64,000 bases of DNA from Coleofasciculus chthonoplastes F2-STO-03 (GCA_040222015.1 JAVJWO010000049.1:9382-73381); one strand, 5' to 3'. Positions 1-10,935 are shown, counted from the stretch's first letter. Translations and numbers: made by a program. The notes: a model not told the origin generated them from the sequence alone.

Positions 1-2
1 GC

Positions 3-1397
3 AGAATTTAACGACGAGTTGAGCTGGGAGGTTCCCGACTTGTCTATCTCTAGCAATTGCCAAATTCTGTGACGGTAATGGGCAAAACGCTGGTACATCT
101 GGGGATAAAGTTCCAGGATACGTTGATTCACCGCTTGGGGATTGACTGCCTGTTTTGCCGATAGGTGCAGGATATAGTGATCAAATTGTTTACTCAAGGC
201 TTTCAGCGACAGTTTTAGATCAGGATATTCCTGTTCCACTTGGGCGAGGGTAAATACCAATACCTCTCTATTTGGCATCTCCGAGAAAGTAACCTCGATT
301 AAGAGCCAATCAGTCATTTTCTCTTGACTCAGTTGTCCCGGTATCAAATCACCTGTAGGCGGATAGCGTTTATTCGGCGTTTTCGTTTCCCAATTAAACT
401 GGGTAAATAGGTAGCGACAATTGACGTTTGTCAAATCTACCTCTTCTAAATGCCAGTTGTGGATACAGCATCCAGTGAGTTGGGCTTGCTCAAGTTTGGG
501 GCGAATTAAATAGCTGCCAATCAAATAGGCATCGGTTAAATTTGCCTCAGTTAAAATCGTTTCGTTTAAATAAGCCCCACTTAAATCAGCCTGTCGTAAA
601 TCTGCCCCTTGCAGATTAGCCGCCGTCAAATTCGTCTGTAAACAATAGACATTCTGTAGAACCGTGCGTCGCAAATTAGCGCCAACGAAGCTCGCTCTGA
701 GTAAATACGCCCCCATCAGATTTGCCCGACTCAAATTTACGCGATCGCCTGTGACTTCACTGAGATCGGCATCGGTTAAAATAGCTCGATAGAGTTCTGC
801 CTGAGTCAGGTTGGCACAGCGCAAACAAGCCTGACGCAGATTAGCTTCGGTTAATGTCGCACCGACTAATATCGCGTCTCGTAAATTGGCTTTCTCTAAT
901 AGAACTTCCCGCAGGTTGGCTGTGGTAAGATTGGCAGCAATGAGACTGGCTTGGTAGAGATTAGCCGCCATTAACTGTGTGCTAATAAGCTGAGTTTTAT
1001 CCAGGGTAGCCCCGGTAAGATTACTATGATTCAACTGGGCTGCCTGGAGATTTGCACCACTAAAGTTACAATAGGGGGCTTCTACCCAACTTAAATTGGC
1101 TTGGCAAAGACTAGCGGATTGCCCATCCACCTTGCTGAGATTTACACGGGTCAAGATGGCTTGGTTAAGATTACTATGTTTTAGGATCGCGTTGTGTAAA
1201 TCTGCCTGATGCAGACAAGCACCACTGAGATTAGCGTAGTCAAGGGAGGTCCAACTAAGGTTGGCATTTGTCAGGTTAGCCCCACTTAAGTTAATCGTCC
1301 GCAAATCTGCCCCCTTGAGGTTAACACCACTCAGGTCAACCTGGGCAAAATCACGGTCTCCTTGGCGATAACGAGTGAGAAAGTTCTGGACTTGCAT
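3..1397 (-). CDS. Pentapeptide-repeat protein, runs off the window start (not in the ORF track)
   Basis: ATG at 1397 gives MQVQNFLTRYRQGDRDFAQVDLSGVNLKGADLRTINLSGANLTNANLS..., a long A(D/N)LxX pentapeptide run followed by a non-repeat C-terminal region. Confidence 0.9.
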   Translation of the reverse strand, partial: MQVQNFLTRYRQGDRDFAQVDLSGVNLKGADLRTINLSGANLTNANLSWTSLDYANLSGACLHQADLHNAILKHSNLNQAILTRVNLSKVDGQSASLCQANLSWVEAPYCNFSGANLQAAQLNHSNLTGATLDKTQLISTQLMAANLYQASLIAANLTTANLREVLLEKANLRDAILVGATLTEANLRQACLRCANLTQAELYRAILTDADLSEVTGDRVNLSRANLMGAYLLRASFVGANLRRTVLQNVYCLQTNLTAANLQGADLRQADLSGAYLNETILTEANLTDAYLIGSYLIRPKLEQAQLTGCCIHNWHLEEVDLTNVNCRYLFTQFNWETKTPNKRYPPTGDLIPGQLSQEKMTDWLLIEVTFSEMPNREVLVFTLAQVEQEYPDLKLSLKALSKQFDHYILHLSAKQAVNPQAVNQRILELYPQMYQRFAHYRHRIWQLLEIDKSGTSQLNSSLNS

Positions 1398-1707
1398 TAT
1401 TTCCAGTTTGCCATTTAAGGGGATTGGGGGAGTGTTGACTTTTGACCCTTCGCTTCGCTCTATAGGTTGGTTGGGTTTCCTGACAACTGATCAACTAGCT
1501 GCAACTGCTCACACATCTAACCCAAGAACTGCGAACTCCATTAACTTCAATTATGGGCATGGCTTGTGTTCTCAATCGCCAAATTTATGGTGAACTCACT
1601 GACAAACAGAAAGAATATTTAGAAATTATCCATCAAAGTGGTCAGCCGATCGCTATATCATCAGTTTGCCTAAGTTAGATCCGTAGCCCGGTTGTGACGA
1701 AACTTCT

Positions 1708-1836
1708 GTAGGGGCGACCCGCTTGCACTAATCAACAACTGTGTCCACTCAATTGACTCTGGTCGCCCTTCAGTCGGGGCGGGTTTAGTCGCATCTTTTG
1801 TGAAACCGAAACGATAATAGTGAAACCCGCCCCTAC
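1708..1836. repeat. Two adjacent GTAG-type REP doublets (GTAGGGGCGACCC..GGTCGCCC and GGGGCGGGTTT..AAACCCGCCCCTAC)
   Basis: Inverted arms are visible; related copies lie at 6958-7027, 40385-40445, 29481-29643 and 62039-62185. Confidence 0.85.
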
Positions 1837-1908
1837 ACCAGCGTCAAATTGTTCCATTCGAGAAATCTTGATTACTATTAAGTCTGGGAAGTTAAATTAG
1901 GTAACGCC

Positions 1909-4170
1909 ATGACAATAACCATTTCCCCAGACCAAATCGACCGGATTGTGAGCAATCGACACCATGATCCGTTTGAAATCCTTGGGTCTCATCCCATTGA
2001 ACGGGATGGTAAAACAAGCTGGGTTGTGCGGGCTTACCTGCCGAAAGCCGATGCCGCTTGGGTGATTCGTCCCACCGAACGGGAAGAATACCCAATGCAG
2101 GCTGTCAGTCATCCTCATTTATTTGAATGTGAGATTGATATACCCGAGTTAGCCAACTATCAACTGCGGATCAAAGAAGGCGAACATGAACGGGTAGTCT
2201 ATGATCCCTACGCCTTTCGCTCGCCGCGTTTGACGGATTTTGATACTCACCTATTTGCCGAAGGAAATCATCATCGCATTTACGAAAAATTAGGCGCTCA
2301 CCCCACTGAATTTAATGGCGTCCAAGGGGTTCACTTTGCAGTCTGGGCACCGAACGCCCGTAATGTTTCCGTTATCGGTGATTTCAATAACTGGGATGGA
2401 CGCGAACATCAGATGCGCCAACTTGGGAACGGGATTTGGCAACTGTTTATCCCGGAAATTGGCGTCGGAGAACACTATAAGTACGAAGTAAAAAACCACG
2501 TCGGACATATCTATCACAAGTCCGACCCCTACGGCTTTGAGCAAGAAATTAGACCCCAAACCGCGTCAATTGTCAATAGCCTAGACTACACTTGGCACGA
2601 CGAAGACTGGCTAGAACGCCGTCGCCATACTGACCCCCAAGAACAACCCATTTCTGTGTATGAGGTTCACTTGGGTTCATGGTTGCATGAGAGTGCCGAG
2701 ACTCCACCCGAATTACCCGATGGGGAAACTCGCCCTGTGGTGAAAGTCTCCCAGAAACCCGAGGGACGCTTCCTTACCTATCGGGAATTAGCCGAACGAC
2801 TGATTCCTTATGTCAAAGAACTGGGATTCACCCACGTCGAACTCCTCCCCGTTGCCGAACACCCTTATGATGGGTCTTGGGGGTATCAGGTGGCAGGATA
2901 CTACACCTGCACCTCCCGGTATGGGACTCCCCAAGATTTAATGTATTTCATCGACCAATGTCACCAAAATGATATTGGCGTGATTGTGGATTGGGTTCCC
3001 GGTCATTTTCCCAAAGACAGGCATGGGTTAGCCTTCTTTGATGGTACTCACCTGTACGAACACGCTGATCCTCGCAAAGGGGAACATAAGGAATGGGGAA
3101 CCTTAGTCTTCAACTATGCCCGGAATGAAGTTCGCAACTTTCTGATAGCCAACGCCCTATTTTGGTTTGACCGATATCATATTGACGGGATTCGCGTGGA
3201 TGCGGTGGCATCTATGCTGTATCTGGACTACGATCGCAAAGATGGGGAATGGATTCCCAATCAGTACGGGGGCAACGAAAACCTAGAAGCCGCCGACTTT
3301 TTGCGCTATCTGAATTATCAGATATTCGGCTACTATCCCGGCATCCTCTCCATTGCCGAAGAATCCACCGCTTGGCCCCTCGTCTCTCGTCCCACCTATT
3401 TAGGCGGCTTAGGCTTCAGCTTCAAGTGGAACATGGGCTGGATGCACGATATGCTGGACTATTTTGCTAAAGATCCCCTATATCGTCCCTACCACCAAAA
3501 TAGCGTCACCTTCAGCATCATGTACGCCTTCAGCGAAAACTTCATGCTGGCGCTATCCCATGATGAAGTTGTCCACGGGAAAGGCAACCTGCTGAATAAA
3601 ATGCCAGGAGATGACTGGCAGAAATTTGCCAATCTCCGCTGCTTATACGCCTACATGTACACCCATCCCGGCAAGAAAACCCTATTTATGGGCATGGAAT
3701 TTGGGCAACGGAATGAGTGGAATGCTTGGGCAGACTTAGATTGGGGCGCGTTGCAACATACACCCCACCAACAACTGAAGCGGTTTATGGCGGATTTGAA
3801 TCACCTTTACCAAAATGAACCCGCCCTCTATAGCCAAGACTTCTCTCATGAAGGGTTTGAGTGGATTGACTGTAACGATGCTGACAATAGTGTCGTCTCC
3901 TTTATTCGCAAAGCAAAAGACTCGGATGACTTTATCGTCACTGTCTGTAACTTTACCCCTCAACCCCATGCCAACTATTGGGTAGGTGTTCCCGAACCCG
4001 GTTTCTATGCTGAAATCTTGAACAGCGATGCTGGAGATTACGGCGGTAGCAATATAGGGAATATGGGGGGTCGCTGGACAGGGGAATGGTCTCATCCTCG
4101 CTGGTCTCATTACCTTGATTTATGCCTACCTCCCTTGGGCGTTTTGATGCTGAAATTGAAGTCACAATAG
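1909..4170 (+). CDS. glgB: 1,4-alpha-glucan branching enzyme (GH13)
   Basis: FAVWAPNA, YEVHLGSW, SWGYQ, GIRVDAVASMLYLDY, AEESTAWP and LSHDEVVHGK motifs. Confidence 0.98.
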   Translation: MTITISPDQIDRIVSNRHHDPFEILGSHPIERDGKTSWVVRAYLPKADAAWVIRPTEREEYPMQAVSHPHLFECEIDIPELANYQLRIKEGEHERVVYDPYAFRSPRLTDFDTHLFAEGNHHRIYEKLGAHPTEFNGVQGVHFAVWAPNARNVSVIGDFNNWDGREHQMRQLGNGIWQLFIPEIGVGEHYKYEVKNHVGHIYHKSDPYGFEQEIRPQTASIVNSLDYTWHDEDWLERRRHTDPQEQPISVYEVHLGSWLHESAETPPELPDGETRPVVKVSQKPEGRFLTYRELAERLIPYVKELGFTHVELLPVAEHPYDGSWGYQVAGYYTCTSRYGTPQDLMYFIDQCHQNDIGVIVDWVPGHFPKDRHGLAFFDGTHLYEHADPRKGEHKEWGTLVFNYARNEVRNFLIANALFWFDRYHIDGIRVDAVASMLYLDYDRKDGEWIPNQYGGNENLEAADFLRYLNYQIFGYYPGILSIAEESTAWPLVSRPTYLGGLGFSFKWNMGWMHDMLDYFAKDPLYRPYHQNSVTFSIMYAFSENFMLALSHDEVVHGKGNLLNKMPGDDWQKFANLRCLYAYMYTHPGKKTLFMGMEFGQRNEWNAWADLDWGALQHTPHQQLKRFMADLNHLYQNEPALYSQDFSHEGFEWIDCNDADNSVVSFIRKAKDSDDFIVTVCNFTPQPHANYWVGVPEPGFYAEILNSDAGDYGGSNIGNMGGRWTGEWSHPRWSHYLDLCLPPLGVLMLKLKSQ

Positions 4171-4335
4171 TTCATAGTTCATCGTTCATTGTGACAGCAT
4201 CCCATTGCCCGTAAAAATAGGAGAAGTTCGCGAACATAATTAGCAGACAGTGGGCGCACAGCCATGCATCCTTACCCCAAAACCCTCTGCGCCCCTCTGC
4301 GCGAACCTCTGCGTCCCTCTGCGTTGAAAAAATCT
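4167..4335. repeat. Short heptamer repeat (TAGTTCA) plus a CTCTGCG repeat cluster
   Basis: tagttcatagttcatcgttcattg, then ctctgcg four times at about 4285-4325. Confidence 0.7.
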
Positions 4336-4389
4336 GCCACCGCTTACGGGACAAAAACGAATCTTTTGTTGATTAACTACCAGAGAAAC

Positions 4390-6921
4390 ATGACAAAAAC
4401 CGCAACCAAAAGAACACCCATAACCTTAATCACCGACGAAACCCAAAAAATCCTCGATTGGGCAGATAGCGTTCAACAATCCGACGACACAATCTTCAAC
4501 AAAGCCAAAACATTAGCCACCCGCCTCGGTGCCCATTACCGTGCCGATGGACTCACAGAAATAGGCTTCTGGGCACCCGAACTCGCCGCAGATATGTTCC
4601 AACCCAAGAACATTTATCTGGAAGTTCTCACCCCGCTTAACAAAATTGACCCCACCTTACCCAACCAAAAGGTCAAAGTTCATCGGGAACACCTCCAACT
4701 GGAAAAACAAGGCGAATATTTCTGGGGCGTCGTTTCCGGAATGCGTCCCGGAACCAAAGACCAAATGGGTTCCTTCTATTGGCTAAAATACTTAGATTTC
4801 CAGAATGAAATCCAAACCATTAGCGATGTTTTAGCCTATTCCTTACCTTATGGCGTCTACGCCCCCGCCGAACTCTATGACCTAAATCAGTTACAAGAAA
4901 AACGCAGCGACTTGGAGTATCTAGGTCAAGGGGACGCCGATGAATCAGGGATAATTAGCGTTCATCCACCGCGTAATATTTTACAGATTCATATCACCAC
5001 CGCCGCTAAAGAAGGGACGCTGGCAGGATTAACCCGCATCTATCAACGGATTGCGGAAAAAATCAACGCCAATGACGCTTTAACCCCAGCCGAACAATGT
5101 TACATCGGCTATGATGCGGTGCAACTTCTCCCCATTGAACCCACGGTAGAATATCGGATGGAACATGATTTGGGGCAAGGGTTTTTTATCTTCAATGAAG
5201 ATGACCTAGACGAAATCGACCCGGAAACCGAACAGGTGGATTACGAAACCGAGGATATTAAAATCACCCTGAAAAAACCGGATATCCAAAACTGGGGCTA
5301 TGATATCGTTATCTTTGGGTCTTCAGCAACGAATCCCTCCGTCCTAGAAACCCTGCGTCCGGATGAATTAGTGGAGTTTATTAGTACCCTGCACACCTTC
5401 CCCACGGGTCCAATCCAAGTCATCTTTGATATTGTGTATGGTCATGGGGATAACCAGGCGTTAGATGTCCTGAATGGGCGCTTCCTGAAAGGACCGAATA
5501 TGTACGGTCAAGATGTGAACCATCAAAACCCTGTTGTGCGGGCAATTTTGTTAGAAATGCAGCGGCGGAAAAATAATTTTGGGGTGGATGGGATTCGCGT
5601 GGATGGCGCACAGGATTTTAAGTTTTTTAATCCTCTATCGGGGCGAGTCGAATATGATGATGCCTATCTGAAAGATATGGGGGAAGTCGTGCAAGACATT
5701 GGGTCGCACCAGCGGCGACTCTTTGCTATTTTTGAGGATGGACGCCCGTGGCCCGCTGAAGGGTGGGAAGAGATTTCCACTTATCGAGATATTGTTGAAT
5801 TTATGCCCGATGCGTTTCAGTGGAGTCCCTTAATTTTTGCCCACAATACCCCCGGTTTGCAGAAGTTTTGGGATAAGAAATGGCGTCGGGTTTGTGAGGT
5901 GATGCAGGTTGGTGAAAACTGGATTACCGGGTGTGGAAACCATGACACGTTACGTCGAGGAACGCAAGTCGAACCCGGATTACCAATTAATTGGAATTTG
6001 GGTAAAAGTTTACCGGAAGTGTTGAATACGGCGTATAATAATCCAGCCGTAACGTTATGGGTGTATGGGTTTAGTCCCGGTTTACCAATGGACTTTATTA
6101 ACTGCACCATGGAAGCAGCCTGGGGCTTTTTCCGCAATACCGATGATCGCTATGGGGTGAAAGTAGCAGCGGAAGAAGCGGGATTTTTGGATTGGCAGGT
6201 GGAAAAGTATGTTTATAATGACCAAGACCATATTTTTCCCCGACTCAAGCAAATGGGGTTCCGTAAGATTGATGAATTACGTCAGTTTATGCGCGGACTT
6301 TATGACGCCATTGAAGAAACGAATTACGATTTAGAAGAAGTGGCAAGTTTATGTCAGCGTTATCTGGGGGCGGAGTCGGAGAAAGAGGAAGTTAAACAGG
6401 AAGCAACGCAGCGGAAATCAGCGGCGCAATTACAGAAGCTGAATGTACCGGAAAAATCCCAGGTGTTGACGGAGTTGGATGTCGGAAAGCTGAAGGTATT
6501 TGCCAGGGCGTTTATGGAAGATATGCACCAAGCTTGTAATGTGTGGAATTATGAGGAGTATTTGGTGCCAGAATTAGCGGCGTTTAATTTAGCGTTGCGT
6601 CGTTTCCGTCATGATCATCCTTGGTTGCGCCATAATTTATCGAGGTTGGATCGGTTTAATCGAATTAGTGAGGATAACTACACCCTTTTCTATGGCTTAC
6701 GGAGTCAACCCACGGAGGAGGGGGCGAGTGAAACGCCGTATCAGATGGCGATGGTGTCTCACATGGGTGGTGATCCAATTACGGTGACGCTGGGAGACTG
6801 GCTGCAACTGGATTTGGACGAATGGCAGATTGCGATCGCGTCTCCGGGATTGGAGGTGAGTGATCTGCGATCGTTTGAGTTGCGAGACACCCAGGCGCTG
6901 CTATTAGAACGAGTGGGTTAA
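4390..6921 (+). CDS. gghA: Glucosylglycerol hydrolase (Slr1670/GghA-like, GH13-like fold); likely start MTKTATKR
   Basis: RLGAHYRADGLTEIGFWAPEL, GYDAVQLLPIEPT, NWGYD, DGIRVDGAQDF and GNHDTLRRG motifs. The 42-codon extension in the ORF track reads through repeats. Confidence 0.85.
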   Translation: MTKTATKRTPITLITDETQKILDWADSVQQSDDTIFNKAKTLATRLGAHYRADGLTEIGFWAPELAADMFQPKNIYLEVLTPLNKIDPTLPNQKVKVHREHLQLEKQGEYFWGVVSGMRPGTKDQMGSFYWLKYLDFQNEIQTISDVLAYSLPYGVYAPAELYDLNQLQEKRSDLEYLGQGDADESGIISVHPPRNILQIHITTAAKEGTLAGLTRIYQRIAEKINANDALTPAEQCYIGYDAVQLLPIEPTVEYRMEHDLGQGFFIFNEDDLDEIDPETEQVDYETEDIKITLKKPDIQNWGYDIVIFGSSATNPSVLETLRPDELVEFISTLHTFPTGPIQVIFDIVYGHGDNQALDVLNGRFLKGPNMYGQDVNHQNPVVRAILLEMQRRKNNFGVDGIRVDGAQDFKFFNPLSGRVEYDDAYLKDMGEVVQDIGSHQRRLFAIFEDGRPWPAEGWEEISTYRDIVEFMPDAFQWSPLIFAHNTPGLQKFWDKKWRRVCEVMQVGENWITGCGNHDTLRRGTQVEPGLPINWNLGKSLPEVLNTAYNNPAVTLWVYGFSPGLPMDFINCTMEAAWGFFRNTDDRYGVKVAAEEAGFLDWQVEKYVYNDQDHIFPRLKQMGFRKIDELRQFMRGLYDAIEETNYDLEEVASLCQRYLGAESEKEEVKQEATQRKSAAQLQKLNVPEKSQVLTELDVGKLKVFARAFMEDMHQACNVWNYEEYLVPELAAFNLALRRFRHDHPWLRHNLSRLDRFNRISEDNYTLFYGLRSQPTEEGASETPYQMAMVSHMGGDPITVTLGDWLQLDLDEWQIAIASPGLEVSDLRSFELRDTQALLLERVG

Positions 6922-6957
6922 GGGAACTTTCTGTCGTATCCACGAAACGTGCCAGAA

Positions 6958-7027
6958 GTAAAGGGCAACCCGATAAAATTAGATAGATGCCGTTTTCATT
7001 GGTGCAAGCGGGTTGCCCCTACAGAAG
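6958..7027. repeat. REP doublet (GGGCAACCCG...CGGGTTGCCCCTAC)
   Basis: The reverse complement of 7000-7027 nearly matches 1703-1730. Confidence 0.8.
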
Positions 7028-7151
7028 CAGGGGGTATTCACTTCATCTGGAGTAAGCTGATTGAATGATGTATAACTCAGGGTTTTAACCACGCATCGCT
7101 TTTAGGTGCGATCGCGTGCTAATTCGTAACTAATCAACCGATCACGACTCT

Positions 7152-8546
7152 ATGACTTCAGCTTGGCAACAGGTTACTCTATCCAATTTACGTTTCTATC
7201 AGTGGCGCAGCGCTAGCTATTTATATCGCGTCGTAGGATTGCTGCAAGCTTGGCGGCGGGGGAGTTGGCTGCTTCAGTGGGCGGAACCCTTGGGCGCGTT
7301 GCTTGTGGCGATTGTGTTTGCGGTTGCGCCCTTTGTCTCTACTGCCCTCATCGGGGTGTTGTTAATTGCTTGTGCGGGGTTTTGGCTACTGCTGACTGTA
7401 TCGGATGAGAGAGAACGCCCTCAGGTGACACCGATTCATCTGTTGGTTTTACTGTATTGGTCAATTGCCACCGTTGCCACAGCCATGTCCCCGGTGAAAG
7501 TGGCAGCCCGTCAGGGGTTGGTGAAACTGACGCTATACTTATTACTCTTTGCGTTAATGGCACGGGTACTCAGGTCAACCCGTCTGCGTTCGTGGGTAAT
7601 CGGCGTTTTCCTGCATATTTCGTTAATTGTTAGCGTTTACGGGATACGACAGTGGTTTTTTGGCGCAGAAGCGTTGGCAACCTGGACTGATACTAATTCG
7701 GCGTCTGCGGATTTGACACGGGTTTATAGCTATTTGGGGAATCCGAATCTATTAGCGGGTTATTTGATTCCGGCTGTGGCGTTGAGTTTAGCGGCGGTGT
7801 TTGCTTGGACGAGATGGCTTCCAAAAGCGTTAGCTTTAACCATGTTTGTGGTGAATTCCGCTTGTCTGGTTCTTACGTTTAGTCGCGGCGGCTGGATTGG
7901 TTTTGTCGCCTGTCTGTTTGTCTTCTCCGTTCTTGTCGTGTATTGGTATAGTCTCCAATTACCACAAAAATGGCGTCCTTGGGCAATGCCTGCGATGCTG
8001 GGAAGTTGTGCGGCGGTAATTATTCTGGCGGTGCTATTTGTTGAACCGGTACGAGTGCGAGTGGCAAGTATTTTTGTAGGGCGGGAAGATAGTAGTAATA
8101 ACTTCCGGATGAATGTATGGGCGGCGGTGATTGATATGATTCGCGATCGCCCGATTATTGGTATTGGTCCGGGAAACAATGCGTTTAATCAGATCTATCC
8201 CTTGTACCAACGTCCCAAATATACCGCGTTGAGTGCCTATTCTATCTTTTTGGAAGTGGCGGTTGAAACGGGTTTTATTGGCTTGTTTTGCTTTCTCTGG
8301 CTACTCGTGGTTACGGTGAATCGTGGGATACAACAGATTAACCGACTCCGCGCCCTGGGGAATCCTCAAGGCTTTTGGTTAATTGCCGCGATCGCAACCA
8401 TGGCGGGAATGCTGTCTCATGGTTTAGTGGACACGGTTTGGTATCGTCCTCAAGTGAGTACAGTATGGTGGTTGATGGTGGCGATTATTGCCAGTTATTA
8501 TCTGCCGCCTCAAGCGGATACCTCAACGGCTGTGCAGGATAGCTAG
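7152..8546 (+). CDS. ictB: IctB family membrane protein (O-antigen ligase/polymerase-like)
   Basis: Polytopic; RVYSYLGNPNLLAGYL, TFSRGGW, REDSSNNFRMNVW, GIGPGN and DTVWYRPQV motifs. Confidence 0.93.
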   Translation: MTSAWQQVTLSNLRFYQWRSASYLYRVVGLLQAWRRGSWLLQWAEPLGALLVAIVFAVAPFVSTALIGVLLIACAGFWLLLTVSDERERPQVTPIHLLVLLYWSIATVATAMSPVKVAARQGLVKLTLYLLLFALMARVLRSTRLRSWVIGVFLHISLIVSVYGIRQWFFGAEALATWTDTNSASADLTRVYSYLGNPNLLAGYLIPAVALSLAAVFAWTRWLPKALALTMFVVNSACLVLTFSRGGWIGFVACLFVFSVLVVYWYSLQLPQKWRPWAMPAMLGSCAAVIILAVLFVEPVRVRVASIFVGREDSSNNFRMNVWAAVIDMIRDRPIIGIGPGNNAFNQIYPLYQRPKYTALSAYSIFLEVAVETGFIGLFCFLWLLVVTVNRGIQQINRLRALGNPQGFWLIAAIATMAGMLSHGLVDTVWYRPQVSTVWWLMVAIIASYYLPPQADTSTAVQDS

Positions 8547-8585
8547 TACCCACATTCCGCACTTCACAATGTAATACGTGATCAA

Positions 8586-8659
8586 GTTATCGGTTTTCCC
8601 CGATCAAGATGTAGAGACGCGCCATGGCGCGTCTCTACATCTTCTTCATCCTGGATAAA
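8586..8659. repeat. REP palindrome with RAYT-leader and chlH 3' relic sequence
   Basis: Perfect 38-bp palindrome at 8606-8643. 8586-8639 matches 19556-19609, and TTCTTCATCCTGGATAAA (8642-8659) is identical to chlH 19791-19808. Confidence 0.85.
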
Positions 8660-8712
8660 GAACGTGTAACCATGTTTTATAATGAGGGAATCAAAGTTGC
8701 TGAAAAATAGGG

Positions 8713-9786
8713 ATGGAAAAACTTAAATTTATTGATTTATTTGCTGGAATCGGTGGATTTAGAATTGCTTTTGAAAGAACTGACTATAAATGTGTATATT
8801 CTTGTGAAATTGATCCCAAATGTCAGGAAGTATATTTTAAGAATTTTTCAGATAAACCCGCAGGTGATATTAGGGAAATAGACATTAATAGTATTCCTGA
8901 CTTTGATGTTTTAACGGCGGGGTTTCCTTGTCAGCCTTTTAGTATATGTGGTAAAAGAAAAGGTTTTCAGGATACACGAGGTACATTGTTTTTTCGCATT
9001 TGTGAAATAATTGCAGCCAAAAAACCTCCAGTTATTATACTGGAAAATGTAAAACATTTAATGCATCAAGATAAAGGTAGAACGCTAAAGGTGATTTTGT
9101 ACTCTTTAGAAGATTTGGGATATAAAGTCAATTATAGCCTGTTGAATTCTAAAGATTTTGGAGTACCCCAAAACCGGGAAAGAATAATTATTGTTGCTAC
9201 CAAGAACAAAGAATTTAATTTTAATAAATTGAAAACAATAAATTCTATAGCAAAATTAAGGAATTTTTTATCCAATTCTGATAATTTTGAATATTTAGAG
9301 CCGGACAGCTATACCTTAATAGATCAACCCAAACAACAGCAATCTGGATTAATTTTCGTAGGATATCGGAATAATAAGAGTATTTGGAAAAAAGGAGTTA
9401 GACCTAATACTCATCATTTATCTAGGGTTCACCATCAACCCAATAGAATTTATTCAGTAGAAGGCATACATCCTACAATACCTTCTCAAGAGACATCGGG
9501 GCGATTCTTTATTTATCTTCCTGAAGAAAATGCCGTTCGCAAATTGACGATTAAAGAATGTTATAGGATTATGGGATTTCCAGAGAATTTTAAACTCCAC
9601 GGAAATTTAGGAGAATGTTACAAGCAAGTGGGAAACTCGGTTTGCATTCCTATGGTTTCTGAAATTGCTCATCAATTAAAAGAACAAATATTTCTTGGTA
9701 GTCAGGAAGAAGAGAATGATCATAATTTTATAGCTGAAAAGGAAGAAAAGTTTATTCAATTACAAATACCAGGATTACGGTTATGA
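8713..9786 (+). CDS. DNA (cytosine-5) methyltransferase of a type II R-M pair
   Basis: DLFAGIGG, AGFPCQPFS, LENV, PQNRER and QVGNSV motifs; AT-rich. Confidence 0.96.
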   Translation: MEKLKFIDLFAGIGGFRIAFERTDYKCVYSCEIDPKCQEVYFKNFSDKPAGDIREIDINSIPDFDVLTAGFPCQPFSICGKRKGFQDTRGTLFFRICEIIAAKKPPVIILENVKHLMHQDKGRTLKVILYSLEDLGYKVNYSLLNSKDFGVPQNRERIIIVATKNKEFNFNKLKTINSIAKLRNFLSNSDNFEYLEPDSYTLIDQPKQQQSGLIFVGYRNNKSIWKKGVRPNTHHLSRVHHQPNRIYSVEGIHPTIPSQETSGRFFIYLPEENAVRKLTIKECYRIMGFPENFKLHGNLGECYKQVGNSVCIPMVSEIAHQLKEQIFLGSQEEENDHNFIAEKEEKFIQLQIPGLRL

Positions 9787-10916
9787 ATCACAAAGAAAAG
9801 TTATTACAGGTTTATAAACAAGCTACCAATGCTGAAGATATTCAATGTGAAATACCAGATAATTACAAAGACTTTATTTCCAAGATTGCCAACAACTGTA
9901 CTCGATTAAAAGGAGTTTATACAGTTTTAATAACTTTGTTAGTACATAAAACTCTTAACCCAGACCAAGATATTAGATTTCATCAAGCCCAAATAGGAGG
10001 TTTTTCAGGTAGAAATATAGATAAACAGTATATTACTCCTACTTTACAAGAGTTAGGGCTTCCTGCAATGGCTGAAAGTGGCTGGTTAACCCGCTCCCTT
10101 GAACAACCTAAACCTTACACTCTTGATTACCCTGGGAAAATCGGCAATAAATCAGTTAAAGAAGCATTTCTAAATCTTATAGATTGGGTTCAAAAAAATC
10201 CTGACAAAGCAGAGTTAGCATTGAGAATACTTTTAGGGCAAGTTATTCAAAATACAAATTTCACTAAAATTAAGATTACTAAAATAGAAAATAATGCAAG
10301 GCTTAATATTAAACTTATAGTAGATGGTTTAGAAGAGCATTTTAATTTTAATTATAAAACTCATGGAGCATCTAAACTTCCAGTTCTTGCGTTCTATGCT
10401 ATTTATCAAATTTTGATTGAAGAAGTTGAACGATATAAATTATGTACCTTAAAAAAGTTAGCTAGTCATACAGCTTCCGATCTAACGTCTAGAAGTGCAG
10501 GTGATATTGAAGTATTTGATGAAAACAATAAGTTATTTGAAGCTGTTGAAATTAAACAAGGCAAGAAAATTGATATTCAAATAATTCGTATAGTTAAAGA
10601 AAAGATAGTGAAATACCACCCACAAAGATACTGTATTTTTTCATCATCTGATATTGAGAATTCAGATGCTGAATTAATTGACATAGAAATTAGTGGAATA
10701 GATAAAAATCATGGCTGCCAAATAATTATTAACGGAACCATACCTACCTTGAAGTATTATTTAAGATTAATAAGTTCACTAGATAATTTTATCAATAAAT
10801 ATTCCATATTGATAGAATCAGATTCTGAGCTTCAAATTGATCATAAGATTAAGTGGAATGAAATATTATCTGAACATTTTGGTATCTATTACGGGGATCA
10901 GAAAATAGGCGACTGA
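9783..10916 (+). CDS. Probable type II restriction endonuclease, PD-(D/E)xK fold (possibly SacI-like)
   Basis: ATGA overlap with the MTase; GDIEV...EAVEIK catalytic-type motif; very AT-rich. Confidence 0.75.
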   Translation: MNHKEKLLQVYKQATNAEDIQCEIPDNYKDFISKIANNCTRLKGVYTVLITLLVHKTLNPDQDIRFHQAQIGGFSGRNIDKQYITPTLQELGLPAMAESGWLTRSLEQPKPYTLDYPGKIGNKSVKEAFLNLIDWVQKNPDKAELALRILLGQVIQNTNFTKIKITKIENNARLNIKLIVDGLEEHFNFNYKTHGASKLPVLAFYAIYQILIEEVERYKLCTLKKLASHTASDLTSRSAGDIEVFDENNKLFEAVEIKQGKKIDIQIIRIVKEKIVKYHPQRYCIFSSSDIENSDAELIDIEISGIDKNHGCQIIINGTIPTLKYYLRLISSLDNFINKYSILIESDSELQIDHKIKWNEILSEHFGIYYGDQKIGD

Positions 10917-10935
10917 TATCATGGACACACGAGAA

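Noticed and set aside
4264..4389. N-terminal extensions in the ORF track (gghA; also 27842, 36409, 60014, 63246)
   Set aside because: They read through repeats, promoters or IS ends; downstream starts fit the family or RBS better.
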